From positions 23,188,001 through 23,252,000 of the forward strand of contig NC_043001.1 of NCBI RefSeq assembly GCF_006345805.1: DNA of 64,000 nt, in the 5' to 3' direction. This DNA comes from Octopus sinensis (lineage: Eukaryota). Positions within the stretch are counted from its first letter, which is position 1, and every line of letters starts with the position of its first letter. Positions 11,155-23,059 of the stretch are shown piece after piece. A program made the translations under genes and the position numbers. The notes under the pieces are model-generated. The model was not told where the DNA came from and ran no database searches. It worked only from the letters and a program-made list of their open reading frames with translations.

Positions 11155-11530
11155 ATTTGTCTCAGTCCTTACACTAGAGCCATGCTGGGGTGCTGCTTTC
11201 AAGAATTTTAGTCAAATGAATCAACTTCAGTACTTCTTTTAAAAGTCTGGTACTTATTCTGTTGGTCACTTTTGCCAAACCGCTAAGATACAGGGATGTA
11301 AACACACCAACACCTGTTGTCAAGTGATGGTGGTGGGAGAAACACAGAAACAAACACACACACATACACACACACACACAAACACACGTACAATGATCTT
11401 CTACTTCCTGTCTACCAAATCCACTCACAAGGCTTTGGTCAGCCCAAGGCTATAGTAGAAAACACTTGTTCAAGGTGCCACGCAGTGAGACTGAACCCAG
11501 AACTATGTGGTTGAGGAAGCAATCTTCATA
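11155..11530 (-). mobile_element. SINE family A, near full length
   Basis: tRNA-like head (gtgagactgaacccagaactatgtggttg), internal CA microsatellite and tail block ccatgctggggtgctgc. Confidence 0.85.
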
Positions 11531-11926
11531 CCACAAACTATTTCATATGTAAAGAAGTTAATCCAAAAATTGTGATTATATTAACAATAACTTATCTAAG
11601 AAATCTATACCTCCAATACTGCCATTAATTAACAACAGGCACAAACAAAAGCCTGGAAGCAATGCAAACAAACAGCTACTTTAGTATCAGCAATCCTAAA
11701 TACACAAGGCATCAGTTTATCTATTAATGTGCAAAAATTAATGATTAGGGTTATATTGAGAGTTAGGTTGTTGAATAGTCATATCCAATCCTTTTCTTCA
11801 TCTTAACTGTAACCCACCTCAACAAACCCCACTTACACACTGAGGTTAAAGTCAGATATTTTAATATCACTCATGTGAATTGTGCAGATCAAAGAAAGAA
11901 GTTGCTCTTTTTCATGATTTCCTTAC

Positions 11927-12040
11927 TGCAGGTACACAGGACCTGTTTTCCAATAGCTACTGTGAATAAGTTCAATGGGCTGACTATACTTGGACTCCAG
12001 GAGAGGTACATGAGATCACCTGAAGTAGTTGCTTTTATTT
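11927..12040 (-). other. Possible 114-nt exon of the minus-strand host gene
   Basis: Acceptor tttttgttttggcaccctcag| and donor GCA|gtaagg. One open frame (IKATTSGDLMYLSWSPSIVSPLNLFTVAIGKQVLCTC) with no recognisable homology. Confidence 0.3.
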
Positions 12041-12769
12041 CTGAGGGTGCCAAAACAAAAATCAAAATAAACAATAATTAAAATTTGAGTACGACACAAA
12101 CAAAAGAGGTGATATTTTTTCAAATACAGTATTGTGGTTAAAATAGCAAAAATAATGAGTAAATCAAATAATGCGTTCAAAAAAATATCACTCTTTGTTT
12201 GTATTGTACAATACACATTTTGATGCTTCCAATAAAAACAAATGTATGTTTGTTTATATTTATAAAATTTAAATGTTTTATTGTGTCAATGCAACTCTAG
12301 AAATGTACGAATGACCTCAACTTTCTACTTGTGGATTGTTCTATTCTGAAACAATAAATTTGCCCAAGGTGCTCAGAGTGGGATTGAAACTGAAACCACA
12401 TAGCTGCAAGCAAGCAAGCTTCTTAACCACACAGCTATGTCTCCACCATAGGAAGTATTAATGAAATAAATTGTCAGCATATCCTCCTTGACATAACTTT
12501 TAGTATACAGGACACCATAATGACAGTAAATAAACTGCAACTCAACAGTAGACCCCCACCCCTGTAGGCTCCCCACAAGAACCCTGAAGGAGTGCTAACA
12601 TCAACTTGCAACACATCAATCTACTCTTTGCAGGAAACCACTAGACACAGGACATACACCTGAACATGTTTGTGTCTCAGTCTGTCATATCAGTTTTCAA
12701 AAAAGGAAGTAAGTCACCTGCTCTCACTGAACTATCACCTCATTAAAGTATTTCATAAGGTAGTGAAAT

Positions 12770-13700
12770 TAAAAGTAATTGCCTTTCCAGGAAGTAACTG
12801 TCTCGTAAATTCCGACCAGCATGGTTTTTTGTAGTGGTAGAGAAATCCTAATACAACTTTAGCACCACCTTGATAACATTTCAAACATTTTAGAAGTCAG
12901 ATGTCATACATATATCTTGACCTCAGTAAAGCTTTTGACAAAGTCAATTACAATATTCTACTGAAAGAAAACTACGACACTGAAGTTTATGGTAAACAGA
13001 ACCCAACATGTTATGATCAACAGAGTTTACTCAAGCCCAGCAAAAGTCATTAGTGGTGCTCCCCAGGGAACTGTATTAGGCCAACTTCTTTTTATTATTT
13101 ACATAAATAACTCCAAAAATGTCATCAAACAATAACATTTTTTATAATCTTTAAGCTCCAGAAATATGCATCAATATGCATCTGGACAGAACTCACTCTG
13201 TGATTCAATGGGGAGGTGGGGGACATGCAGTTAAATGAAAAAAATTGGGCTCATCCTCTATGGAAAATATAATGTTTATATTAAACAATCATATTCTTTT
13301 TCCTTGGGAGAGTTTCTTATAGCATTAATTAATATCAGAGACTTATGTGTAACTGTTGGCAACACCTGAACTGAAGTGCAAGCATCAATGATATGGCCAA
13401 CAGATGCTTAGACTTTTTCAGTTTAGAGATACTGATGCTATTATCCTCATCTCTACATTTACTCAGTCTCACTTTGAATACTGCCAACAACAGTGGTCTC
13501 CCTATACAAAACAAAACTACATAAGAACTCCAGAAATCAATTAAAATTTAAAATACATGACATGAAAAGCCTTGATTACCGAGATTACTTCAAAAAGCAG
13601 ACTATTTTCTCCAATGCCACTGCAAATCCTACAGTGTTTGTACAATGTATAAAATATTCAATGAATGTTGTCCAAATGATACTGGCATCAAGTTTACAGC
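12770..13700 (+). mobile_element. Highly degenerate CR1-clade LINE RT fragment
   Basis: Remnant motifs DQHGF (12813), YLDLSKAFDKV (12914) and SGAPQGTVLG (13052), with many stops and deletions. Confidence 0.75.
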
Positions 13701-14700
13701 TCACCTAAGATTGAGCCCCAGTGCAATACATTATCCTCATCATCATCATCATTCAATATCCATTTTCCATGCTGGCATGGGTTGGGTTGGACAGTTTGAC
13801 CAGAGCTGGCAAACAATAGAGATGCATCAGATTCCAGCCTGATGCCTTCCTCATGCCAACCACATTACAGAGTGCACTGGATGCTTTTTACATAGCACAC
13901 TGGCACCATTCATGCTTTATTCAACATTAAATTAAACAAGAAAAATATTCCACAACATTTAAACAATACCTGGGCAAATTTTACCAAGAAATATTACAAA
14001 CCACTGACATCTGAATATATTTCAGCTAATAGCAACTCCCTCCTTGAGTAGGCTATGAATATTCCAAAAAAATTATCTTCTAGCTGATGCTATTAAGTTA
14101 GACATGGCCTGGTCTAATAATGGCCAAAACCTAACCATGCTACAAATTTCTTTATACTCACAAGATAAATTACAGAAAGGAATTTAATTTCTCAACATAA
14201 TTTTTACAAAAAAACAGAAGATAATTTTCTTTAAATTTCCAATCTTCAAAACTGCCTGAAATCAATAAAAATCCAAGTAGCTCAAAAAATAAAGATAATA
14301 ATTAATGAATCTACTTTATCAAGAATTTATCAAGAATTCTTGCTCAAATGCTTTTAACAATGATAAGAAAAAAATAAATAAAAGATAAATGTCTTTAAAA
14401 TACCAGTTTGTATAAAGCAAGGTTATATAAGAATGCCTGTGAATGTTGATGCTCAGAGCCAATCTTGACCTAGCTATACATTGACTGTTCATTTTACCTC
14501 ATTTTCTGATAATCAATAATTTAGAAACAAAACAAAACGAATTAAGATAAATCTAAGATTCTATTTTCGCTTTTTCAAAACTAGTGAAGCATATGTAAAT
14601 GACATCAATCTACAGTTTGCTATCAGATATATATGTATGTATGTATATATATATATTATATATATATATATATAGATGCATATATAAATAAATATAAATA

Positions 14701-15690
14701 TCTTTATATATATAAAACCGCAAATGTGTGTCTGTCTGTCTGTCTATCTGTCTGTGTGTTTCCCTAAAACTTGAGAAGTACACAACCAATTTCATTCAAA
14801 TTTTACACATGCCTTACTTAGGGTCCGGGGAGTGTCATCGGCAAAAAATTTTTTTAACTTTTTGCCTAGGGCGAGCCCATAGCAATATCATATCTTCTCC
14901 ACTACGATTCCCTAAAACTTGAGAACTACACAACCAATTCCATTCAAATTTTACACACGGTCCATGTAGTTTCATGGGCAAAAAAAATGTTCAACTTCTT
15001 GCCTAGAGCGAGCCCATAGCAATATCATATCTTCTCCACTATTTCAGTACTACGTGTTAAAAGTGAAACAAAAACGTTTCTCTATTTTATGTCAGATACT
15101 TTCACTTTAACAATAAAAATAATAATAACAATTGAATTATATGTAGTAAGTAATAATTAAAATCAAACTAAAGTAACATAACGAAAGTAGAAATAGCAAT
15201 TGGTATAAAATTGCATCAATGATTTGAACTTGAATAAGTGGTTTCACATGAATGGAAATGAATTAAAAATAAAATTAGCGTGCAGAAATGGAATAGTCCA
15301 GATGGATAATAAAAAATTAAATTAAAGAAAAGACTATTGACTATAAAGTATACAATGTAGAGAAAAAAGATTTGAACACATGGAGGAAAGCACCTTCAAA
15401 AAGTGTCTTGGTGCGACTATGAAAGGTATCTAATCAGAGGTGGTAAATTCGCCACAATAGAAGCAAGGTTCGAGTCAATGGAGTGTGCAAGGGAGTACTC
15501 GACTCGAACTTGCAAAGTGGAAATATTTTATTTTTAACTTTATATCTGGAATGTAGGACATCCCGGAAAAAAATTTTTAATGCCCCCTCCCCCCCACAAA
15601 AGTAGAGGTAGGCTGGATTGTAGCCACACTTCTATACAAGAGGGAGGACAAAATACAATTGATCAAAATTACAAGAGACGGGCTAGCAAT
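14701..15690 (+). mobile_element. Non-autonomous Helitron-like element
   Basis: A|TC start (tctttatatatataaaacc), (TGTC)n tract, and two ~145-bp tandem subrepeats beginning ttccctaaaacttgagaa (14760 and 14908). The 3' hairpin/CTRR end is not clearly resolved. Confidence 0.6.
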
Positions 15691-15869
15691 TCCAGTCTGT
15701 TATATATTTTGAGTATTGTTATCACTAGGGATATCAAGATATAACTTTGTATTTTGTATTTTATGTGTAGATGTATATATATAGATGCACATGTAATATG
15801 TACACATATATATACACATATATACATGCACTAGCACTATGACCTGGCAACGACAGGTCTTTAATGCTA

Positions 15870-15906
<37 letters not shown>

Positions 15907-15908
<2 letters not shown>

Positions 15909-17600
15909 AGTTTCAGCTCAGAGCTGTAGCCATGCTGGGGCACCGCTGTTTTGCTACACTCTTATTATTGAGAGCCTCCTCTAATATGTGGTATTTGGTG
16001 AATAAGAGAGTTTGATGTCGCTGCTCTCATTAGCACCTCTTGCTGTGAGGTAGGTTCATCTGGGACTCTCAACAGGAAGAGGTCCAGTTTTGATTTGGAA
16101 ACACCTACATCCACTTTGTGTAGGTACCTCAGGCACTTTGGGAGTCTATTAAGATGTAGGCCCTTGAAGCCCAGGCTGTAGCAGTAACTGGTCCTGAAGT
16201 GCAATGGCATTGCTGGGATCTTTGGCACTGTGCAGTGTTGACTCATACTGGCATTGGTGTAGCTTTCAATGCCAAAATTTGGCACAATTCCTTCCATGAT
16301 CTTCCAGATGTATATTACCGCATACCTCTCCCACCTTTGCTCCAGGGAGTAGAGTCTTAGCTGTTTCAGCCATTCCCAATAGCTGAGCTGTTGCAATGAG
16401 ACAATCTTCTTTGTGAAGCTTCGCTGGATTGCTTCAAGGTCTGCTGTTAATTTTACACTGTTGGGTGACCATAGCTGGGAGCAGTAATCCAGGTGGCTGA
16501 GGACAAATGTCCTCCAGAGAACCATCATGGTTTCCTTCTCTCTGGTCCTGAACGTTCTAAGGATCCATCCAGCCAGTCGTCTGCACTTTGTCGCCATCCT
16601 GGTAATGTGCTCTTGGAAAGAGGTATCATGACTCATGTCAATACCCAGGTCCCTCATTAATTTAGGCTCTGGGATTGTACCCTGTAAGTTTTATATTCAG
16701 TTTTGGACACTGGTAGTGCAGGGCTTGGAATTTTTCAGCATTAAACAGCATATTATTATCCTCAGCCCATCTGTTGAGTCCAACTCCTGCTGCAGGTGTG
16801 CAACATCGCTAGGGTTCTGTATTTTCTGTGAAACTTTCGTATCGCCTGCATAGCTAGCAAGGGTGGCTATCCAGGCAGCTGAGGGCATATCTGAGAGGGC
16901 CACTATGAAAAGCAGTGGTCCCAAGACAGTGCCCTGTGGAACACCACTCACTATTTGTGTTTTCTTTGAGGTGGCTCCACTGTCCACTACTGCCTAACTT
17001 CTATCTTTCAGAAAGTCATGTAATCACTCTCCAAGTTTTCCAGCTATGCCAAGATCACACAGTTTGTTTGAACCACTCAATCAAAATCTTTTGCAAAGTC
17101 AAGGTATTTAACATCCACATTTGAGTTGTCAAGTAACTGCCTTAAAACTCCTACCTAGTCGAAAGCCATGCTGGGTATCACTAAGCAAGTTGTTTTCTTC
17201 AAGGAATGCAATTAGTTTCCCTCTGACTATCCATTCCATGACTTTGTTGATGTGTGAAGTCAAAGAGATAGGCCTATAGCCTTTGGCATCTGCCTTGCTT
17301 CCCCCTTTATGGATTGGGCATATTATTCCCTCCTTCAGTTTGCCTGGCAGCCAGCCATTTGTAAGAAAGCTCTGAAAGAGAATCTGTAGAGGTTTCGTCA
17401 GGACATGCTCACACGATTTGAGGAAGGTTGCTGGGAAACCATCGTAACTGCCTCACTGGTTATAGGTGAAGCGGCAAAGAAATACACTGGTTTGTTAACT
17501 TGTCTGTGTTCCAACGGGATGGTAAAGACACTTTAGAACTGGTCATTCAGTACCTCACTGATCCAGGTTGGACTATCGGTGAGGGAGCCATTCTTTTTGT
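15907..17600 (-). mobile_element. 5'-truncated CR1-clade LINE (RT and C-terminal region plus 3' UTR), frameshifted
   Basis: DGFPATFLK...YRPISLTSHINKVME...DTQHGFR, SGVPQGTVLGPLLF, YAGDTK (mutated YADD), RDLGI...FVLSHLDYCSQLWSP...LEAIQRSFTK (ORFs 16697-16987 and 15965-16657). The 3' UTR ends in a stem-loop next to (TA)n. Confidence 0.92.
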
Positions 17601-17719
17601 CTTAAAAAGGAAAGTAAAAATCTCACATAACAATAATACATAACAGATTAAGGCAGTGAAACGGTAGAATTATTAGCACACTGGGCAAAATGCTTAGTGG
17701 TATTTTGCTCAGCGAGCTG

Positions 17720-17958
17720 GCAGGCGGCGAGCTGGCAGAAACGTTAGCATGCCGGGCGAAATGTGTAGCCGTATTTCATCTGCCGTTATGTTCTTAGTTC
17801 AAATTCCGCCGAGGTCGACTTTGCCTTTCATCTTTTCGAAGTCGATAAAATAAGTACCAATTACGCACTGGGGTCGAAATATAATTGACTTAATCCGTTT
17901 GTCTGTCCTTGTTTGTCCTCTCTGTGTTTAGCCCCTTGTGCGTTGTAAAGAAATAGGT
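17720..17958 (+). mobile_element. SINE family B, full length, with partial copies on both sides (17640-18130)
   Basis: ggcggcgagctggcagaaacgttagc...gttcaaattccgccgaggtcgactttgcctttcatcttttcgaagtcgataaaataagtacc. The central block resembles deeply conserved Meta/Nin-type SINE domains. Other copies at ~28170-28398 (+), ~51860-52020 (-) and ~63290-63420 (-). Confidence 0.85.
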
Positions 17959-19094
17959 ATTTTGCTCAGCTTTATGCTCTGAGTTCAAATTCTGCCAAAG
18001 CCAGCTTTTCCTTTTATCCTTTCTGGGTTAATAAATGAGAACTAGTTGAACACTTGGCCCAATGTAATTGGCTCAACCCTTCCTCCAAAACTGCTGGCCT
18101 TGTGTGAAAATTTGAAACCAATATTATGAAAATGATTCCCGGTGTTTCATATGAGCCAGATGGCACCATGAGTAATCTGTCAATATCAAGTAATTTACAT
18201 GCACTCAACTAATCAACTGGATAAATATCCATTTGGTCATTCCAGGGAAACCATCACACCAAGAAGAAAGGGAAGAAGTAAAAAGCTTGATTTGTGATGT
18301 AACAGTAGCTACAATCTGCTAGTGATATCTCAAATATAGGCAGATCCATATCGCACAAATATTATGTCTGCTTCTAATTAACCATCTGCTCTCAGAATTT
18401 TTTAATTCTTTCCACTGGGAAATATAATTTCATGTTTAACCAAACAGCCAATCTGTTAATCCAAAGTTTTCTTCAGCTTCTTTTGTCACAAAATTAACTT
18501 ATCTAAAATTATTTGTTTTTTAATTAAAAGTTGTTGTTTTTTTAGTATCTACTTTTCTATCCTCTCCTTAACCCTTCTTCCACCTCTTCTTGTGCCTCTC
18601 TTTTCTATTATACTTATTTACTCCTCTGTTAGCCTTGTAGTGTCATCTATCAGGGATATTTCTTAGAAAAGACCTAACTCCTTAGACCACAGTAATTACA
18701 GCCCCTTCTTGAAAAACTGGGTGACCTAACCTGTAAATGACCATCACATAACTAAAGTGTGTCAAGTCCAATAAGTCTTATTGACCCCACTTACAGCATC
18801 TCAAAAATGATAAACCAATATAGCAGTCTTTAGTAGTACACCTTTTAAGAATCAATTCCCTTTCGAATCATAAACAGCACACAACTCTAAACCTTAAATT
18901 ATCCACAAATGCCAGACTTTACAATCCCCTATGGTGAACCCACATATACAACACCACCAAAACCATGTAACAAAGACTTGAATGTCTTTCTTTGACAAAA
19001 AATATTTGAGCCCAAATCAATTGTTGACTTCCCACGAAAGTTGAGTATGACCCACATTAAAGTAAACCCTAACCCTAAAGTAAAAGAAAAGTGA

Positions 19095-19425
19095 AAGTAA
19101 AGACCACCTTCAGTCATGAATGACTATGGGACTGCACTTAGAAAGTTCCTCTCTGATGCACAAGTCTGGGCAAGGCTGTTTATGAGAGACCAGCAGTTAC
19201 CCATGCATACCAGCTTCCCCCTCTTTATGCCAAGGAAAAGGCAAAGGCTGATACAGCTTGGAGTCAGTGACATTGCAACTCATTTCTACAGGTGAGAGAA
19301 CTGGAGCAAAGTGAAATAAAGTGTTTTGCTCAAGAGCATAACATACAACCCAGTCCAGGAATCGAACACACTACTTCATGATTGTGAGCCTGACACTCTA
19401 ACCACTGAGCCATGTGCCTTCACTA
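19095..19425 (-). mobile_element. tRNA-derived SINE (family C) with a different 3' body
   Basis: Reverse-oriented head ...ccaggaatcgaacacac...ctctaaccactgagccatgtgccttc (B and A boxes) and central block ctggagcaaagtgaaataaagtgttttgctcaag. Confidence 0.75.
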
Positions 19426-20519
19426 GAGTAATGCTTATGTGTTTAGAACTATTTTGAACTGGCTAACTATGTATCCTGTCTATCCAGATCTATCCAGTCC
19501 CTATCTTTTCTTCCAAAACCCTGTACAAAACACTTTACCCTGTTCTTCTTCCCCAAAACTGCATTCTTCTGGAATTCTCTTCTTGACTGTCCTTTTCCAG
19601 TGACCTACAGATATTCATGATATGAGACAACTGAGCACAGTTGACTGGACATTCTCCTTGTTTTGTGAACAGTACTTTTTAGCACTGGAGACAAACACAC
19701 TCACATACACACATGAGCAAAAATATATACATACACATCAAAAGAGTGTTAAGAGAGAGAGAGAGAGAAACATTAAAATTTATTAATTGAACACAACTGA
19801 CACAAACATTATCCCTCTCCTCATACAGATAAAGAGAAATATTTTCACACATGTAAACAACGAGAAAGAGGAGAGAAAGTGAGACAACAAGAGAAATATT
19901 GAAATGAAGGAAATTTTAAAATGTCTGCTGTCAAATAAGTCAGCACTGAATCAATGCCACAAAATAGCACCAAAACAGCCAAGACATCTCATACCCAGAT
20001 ATTCAAATAAAACACCAACTGTGTTAATGTCATCTGTCTCAGAGGACCAGCAAATGTCATGGATATTTCCCCTTCTCTCCTGACTAAAGGTGAGTGGTAA
20101 GAGTGATGAATGTTAGTCTTATCTTTATTTGTATCAACAAAAATGTAATAATTTAACAGATAGTGTCAGTTATATACATCAACATACTAGAATTATCCTG
20201 TTCCCATGCACAGAAAAATCTACATACAAATCTGTCAGACTATTTTCTGGTTTCCTACATCAACAAAACTATGACAAATATTTATTTAATTTCACCAGGT
20301 TGTCAAGTTTAACAAGCCAATAAAATATAAAATAATATGAAGGATGCTCATAACAACTGTTCATTAACACCCAAATTGCAGTCATAATAAATTCTAGAAT
20401 TTAAGACTTATTTTATCTAACAGTAATAGACTGGACAGCAATAGATTGGCTTTCAATATTGAGTAGGGGAAAAATTGTTGAGTATAAATATTGAATAAAA
20501 ATGGAGGATAAATATAGGT

Positions 20520-20642
20520 GCAAGCATGGTTGTGTAGTTAAGAAGTTAGTGTGACACCTTGGGCAAGTGTCTGCTACTATAGCCCCAAATTGTACAATGC
20601 TTTGGGACTGAATTTGAAAGATGGGAACCGTGTGGAAGCCTA

Positions 20643-20676
<34 letters not shown>

Positions 20677-20885
20677 AAGTTTGTCTCTCCCTCCACTCCT
20701 ACCCCTACTTGACAATTAACGTTGGTTTATTTATGTCCCCATAACATAGCAGTTCAGCAGAAGAAACTGATAAAATAAATATCAAACTTTAAAAGAGACT
20801 TGGTGGAATCGATGTGTTTAACTAATCTCCTCAAAGCAGTGCCACATCATGGCTACAGTCCAATGACTGAAACAAGTAAAAGAAG
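20520..20885 (+). mobile_element. SINE family A, near full length
   Basis: gtgacaccttgggcaagtgtc...(GT)n...cagcacatcatggctacagtccaatgactgaaacaagt-like tail. Confidence 0.8.
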
Positions 20886-22854
20886 AAATATAAAAGAAAT
20901 AATTAAAATGAGAGAGAAATATATAAGAAATAATTAAAATGAGAGAGAAAAGTTAATTTTGAAAAAATTTAACTTTTAGCAATTTTATCCAATTATTGGA
21001 TTTCAGATTTCTTTGTGAGTCATTTCTCTCAGCAGAACTCTTTCAAATAAGTCTTACTTGGCCTTATGGCCCCTTTCCAGCTCTACATCAATGACCTACT
21101 CTACTTCTACATTCCTTTACTGATGACACAACCCTACACACATCATCATTATCATTTTATGGCCCCCCTTTTCATGCTGGTATGGTTTAGAAGACATTTT
21201 TGAGGCAGTATTTAACAGCTGGATGCTCTTCCTATCACCAGTCTTTTAATTACCATTTAAAACACATCAGAACATAATGTAGGAACATCATCATATAATG
21301 TCCCCTTTTCCACACTTGCATGGGTCAGATGGAATTTGTTGAAACAGATTTTCTACAGCCTGTCATTCCTGTTGCCAACCCTCACCTGTTTCCAGGCAAT
21401 GTAATATTTTCCCAGAGCTAGACATGTTTTTTCACAGAAGACCAGGAACAAGCAGCTTTGCTTGTATGATGATGATGATGATGATGCTTACTTACAACCA
21501 TTACAGGATATCTAGACAAGAGTATACACAAGCATGTGCATGCACACACATGTGTGTTTGTGTATGTGTGTGTGTATACAACGGGCTTCTTTCAGTTTCC
21601 ATTTCCTAAATCTACTCACAAGTCATTGGCTGGTCTGGGGGCTACCGTAGAAGACATTTTCCCAAGATGATGTACAGTGGAACTGAACCCTAGACAACTA
21701 GCAAGGATATTATATATGCTATCCCAAGCATTTCCCATTGAATCTACACAGCCTACATTAATAAGAATCCCCAAAATATTCCACCATGCATAAATACAAC
21801 AGCTTAATTATTTCTGACAGTATCTTAAGACAAACATGTGATCAAAAGTGCAGCACAATGCCTGGGTTTTCTCTTAAGAATTAAATCTCATAGGCAAAAG
21901 TTATTAACACTACAAAGAAAATCAATAATCCCTCACTAATACAATGTTCAAATATCTAAGAAGGTGCATCAACTTCAGTATTCATGCAAATAGAAGACCT
22001 TATTCTGAACATACCATCAACTTGTTTGACATGTCAAAATTCCTTAACATCCTTCAGTCACAGAACCATTTTCTATGATTATTCTTTCACATTTATAATA
22101 ACCTCTGCTCCTTCTTATTGTTATCTAAATTGACTTCTTCATACATTTGGAAAACATCATCAACACACCTAATCTATATAGACTTCTGACACATTCAAAA
22201 TAATTGCCAAATTGCTTCATACCATATCAGAGAAGGAAAAAAACACATCAGATTATGAAGTCCTAAATACACTACACCTGAAAAGAAAACAAGATGGAAT
22301 GGTCACAGCAGGAATGTCTTTGATCAGAGTCCTACTTGATCAGGACTAACCTAGGCTAAACTAAAGCAACTTCAGTAGTGTAATTTTTCCCAAAATTTCA
22401 CATATCAAAATACTTTTGCAACACAAATTAAACTTTAACTGTTCTAACCTCTTTCACCCATACACACTGACTCCAAATCTCTAGTTTTGAAAAAAAAAAC
22501 ACCTAGAAAGTTTATAACACTGCACTTATATATCAGAACTAACATATCAAATGTTCCCAGACTTCAAATTATTATTACTATTATTATTATTATTATTATT
22601 TATTTATTTATTTTTGCCTTATGATCAATTTACTTACCATGTTTCTAGTTAGCTATCATACATCAATCTCGCCACCTATTTTAACCCTTTAGCATTTAAA
22701 CAGGTCATATCCAGTCAAAATATTCTACTTGCTTTATGTTCAAACTGGCCAGATCTGAACTCTTACACCGACACTACAATATCATTCTAAAAATTAACAG
22801 TTATAAATGGTACAAGAAGGTATATATACATATATATATATATATACTTCGCCA

Positions 22855-23040
22855 TGATAGATCGCAAGCCACTACACATTATTTATTTTCTCTTCTTGTT
22901 TCTTTCTGTGTTCCTTTCTGTGGAAGAGCGTAAGCTCGTAATGTTAAAGACTTTTTCACTTCCCAAGCATCAAACTAATACATCTGTTTGTTGTCTACAC
23001 ACCTATCTTTGTCTTTTGTTTTTTGTGAATTCTCCCCCTA
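22855..23040 (+). mobile_element. Penelope-like pseudo-LTR, inverted relative to the adjacent PLE
   Basis: gccatgatagatcg...ctttctgtggaagagcgtaagctcgtaatgttaaagact...; reverse complement of 23060-23270, separated from it by (TA)n. Confidence 0.8.
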
Positions 23041-23059
23041 TATATATATATATATATAT

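Noticed and set aside
20080-20100. Strong plus-strand donor AAG|gtgagt
   Set aside because: No matching acceptor or open exon was found upstream; isolated consensus sites are expected by chance.
21750-22260. Possible ancient LINE-derived coding remnants (also near 14000, 18250 and 41150)
   Set aside because: No diagnostic motif could be recovered by hand.
22634-22680. Minus-strand ATG|gtaagt suggesting a ~38-nt micro-exon
   Set aside because: The acceptor has no pyrimidine tract and abuts a MITE; unsupported.
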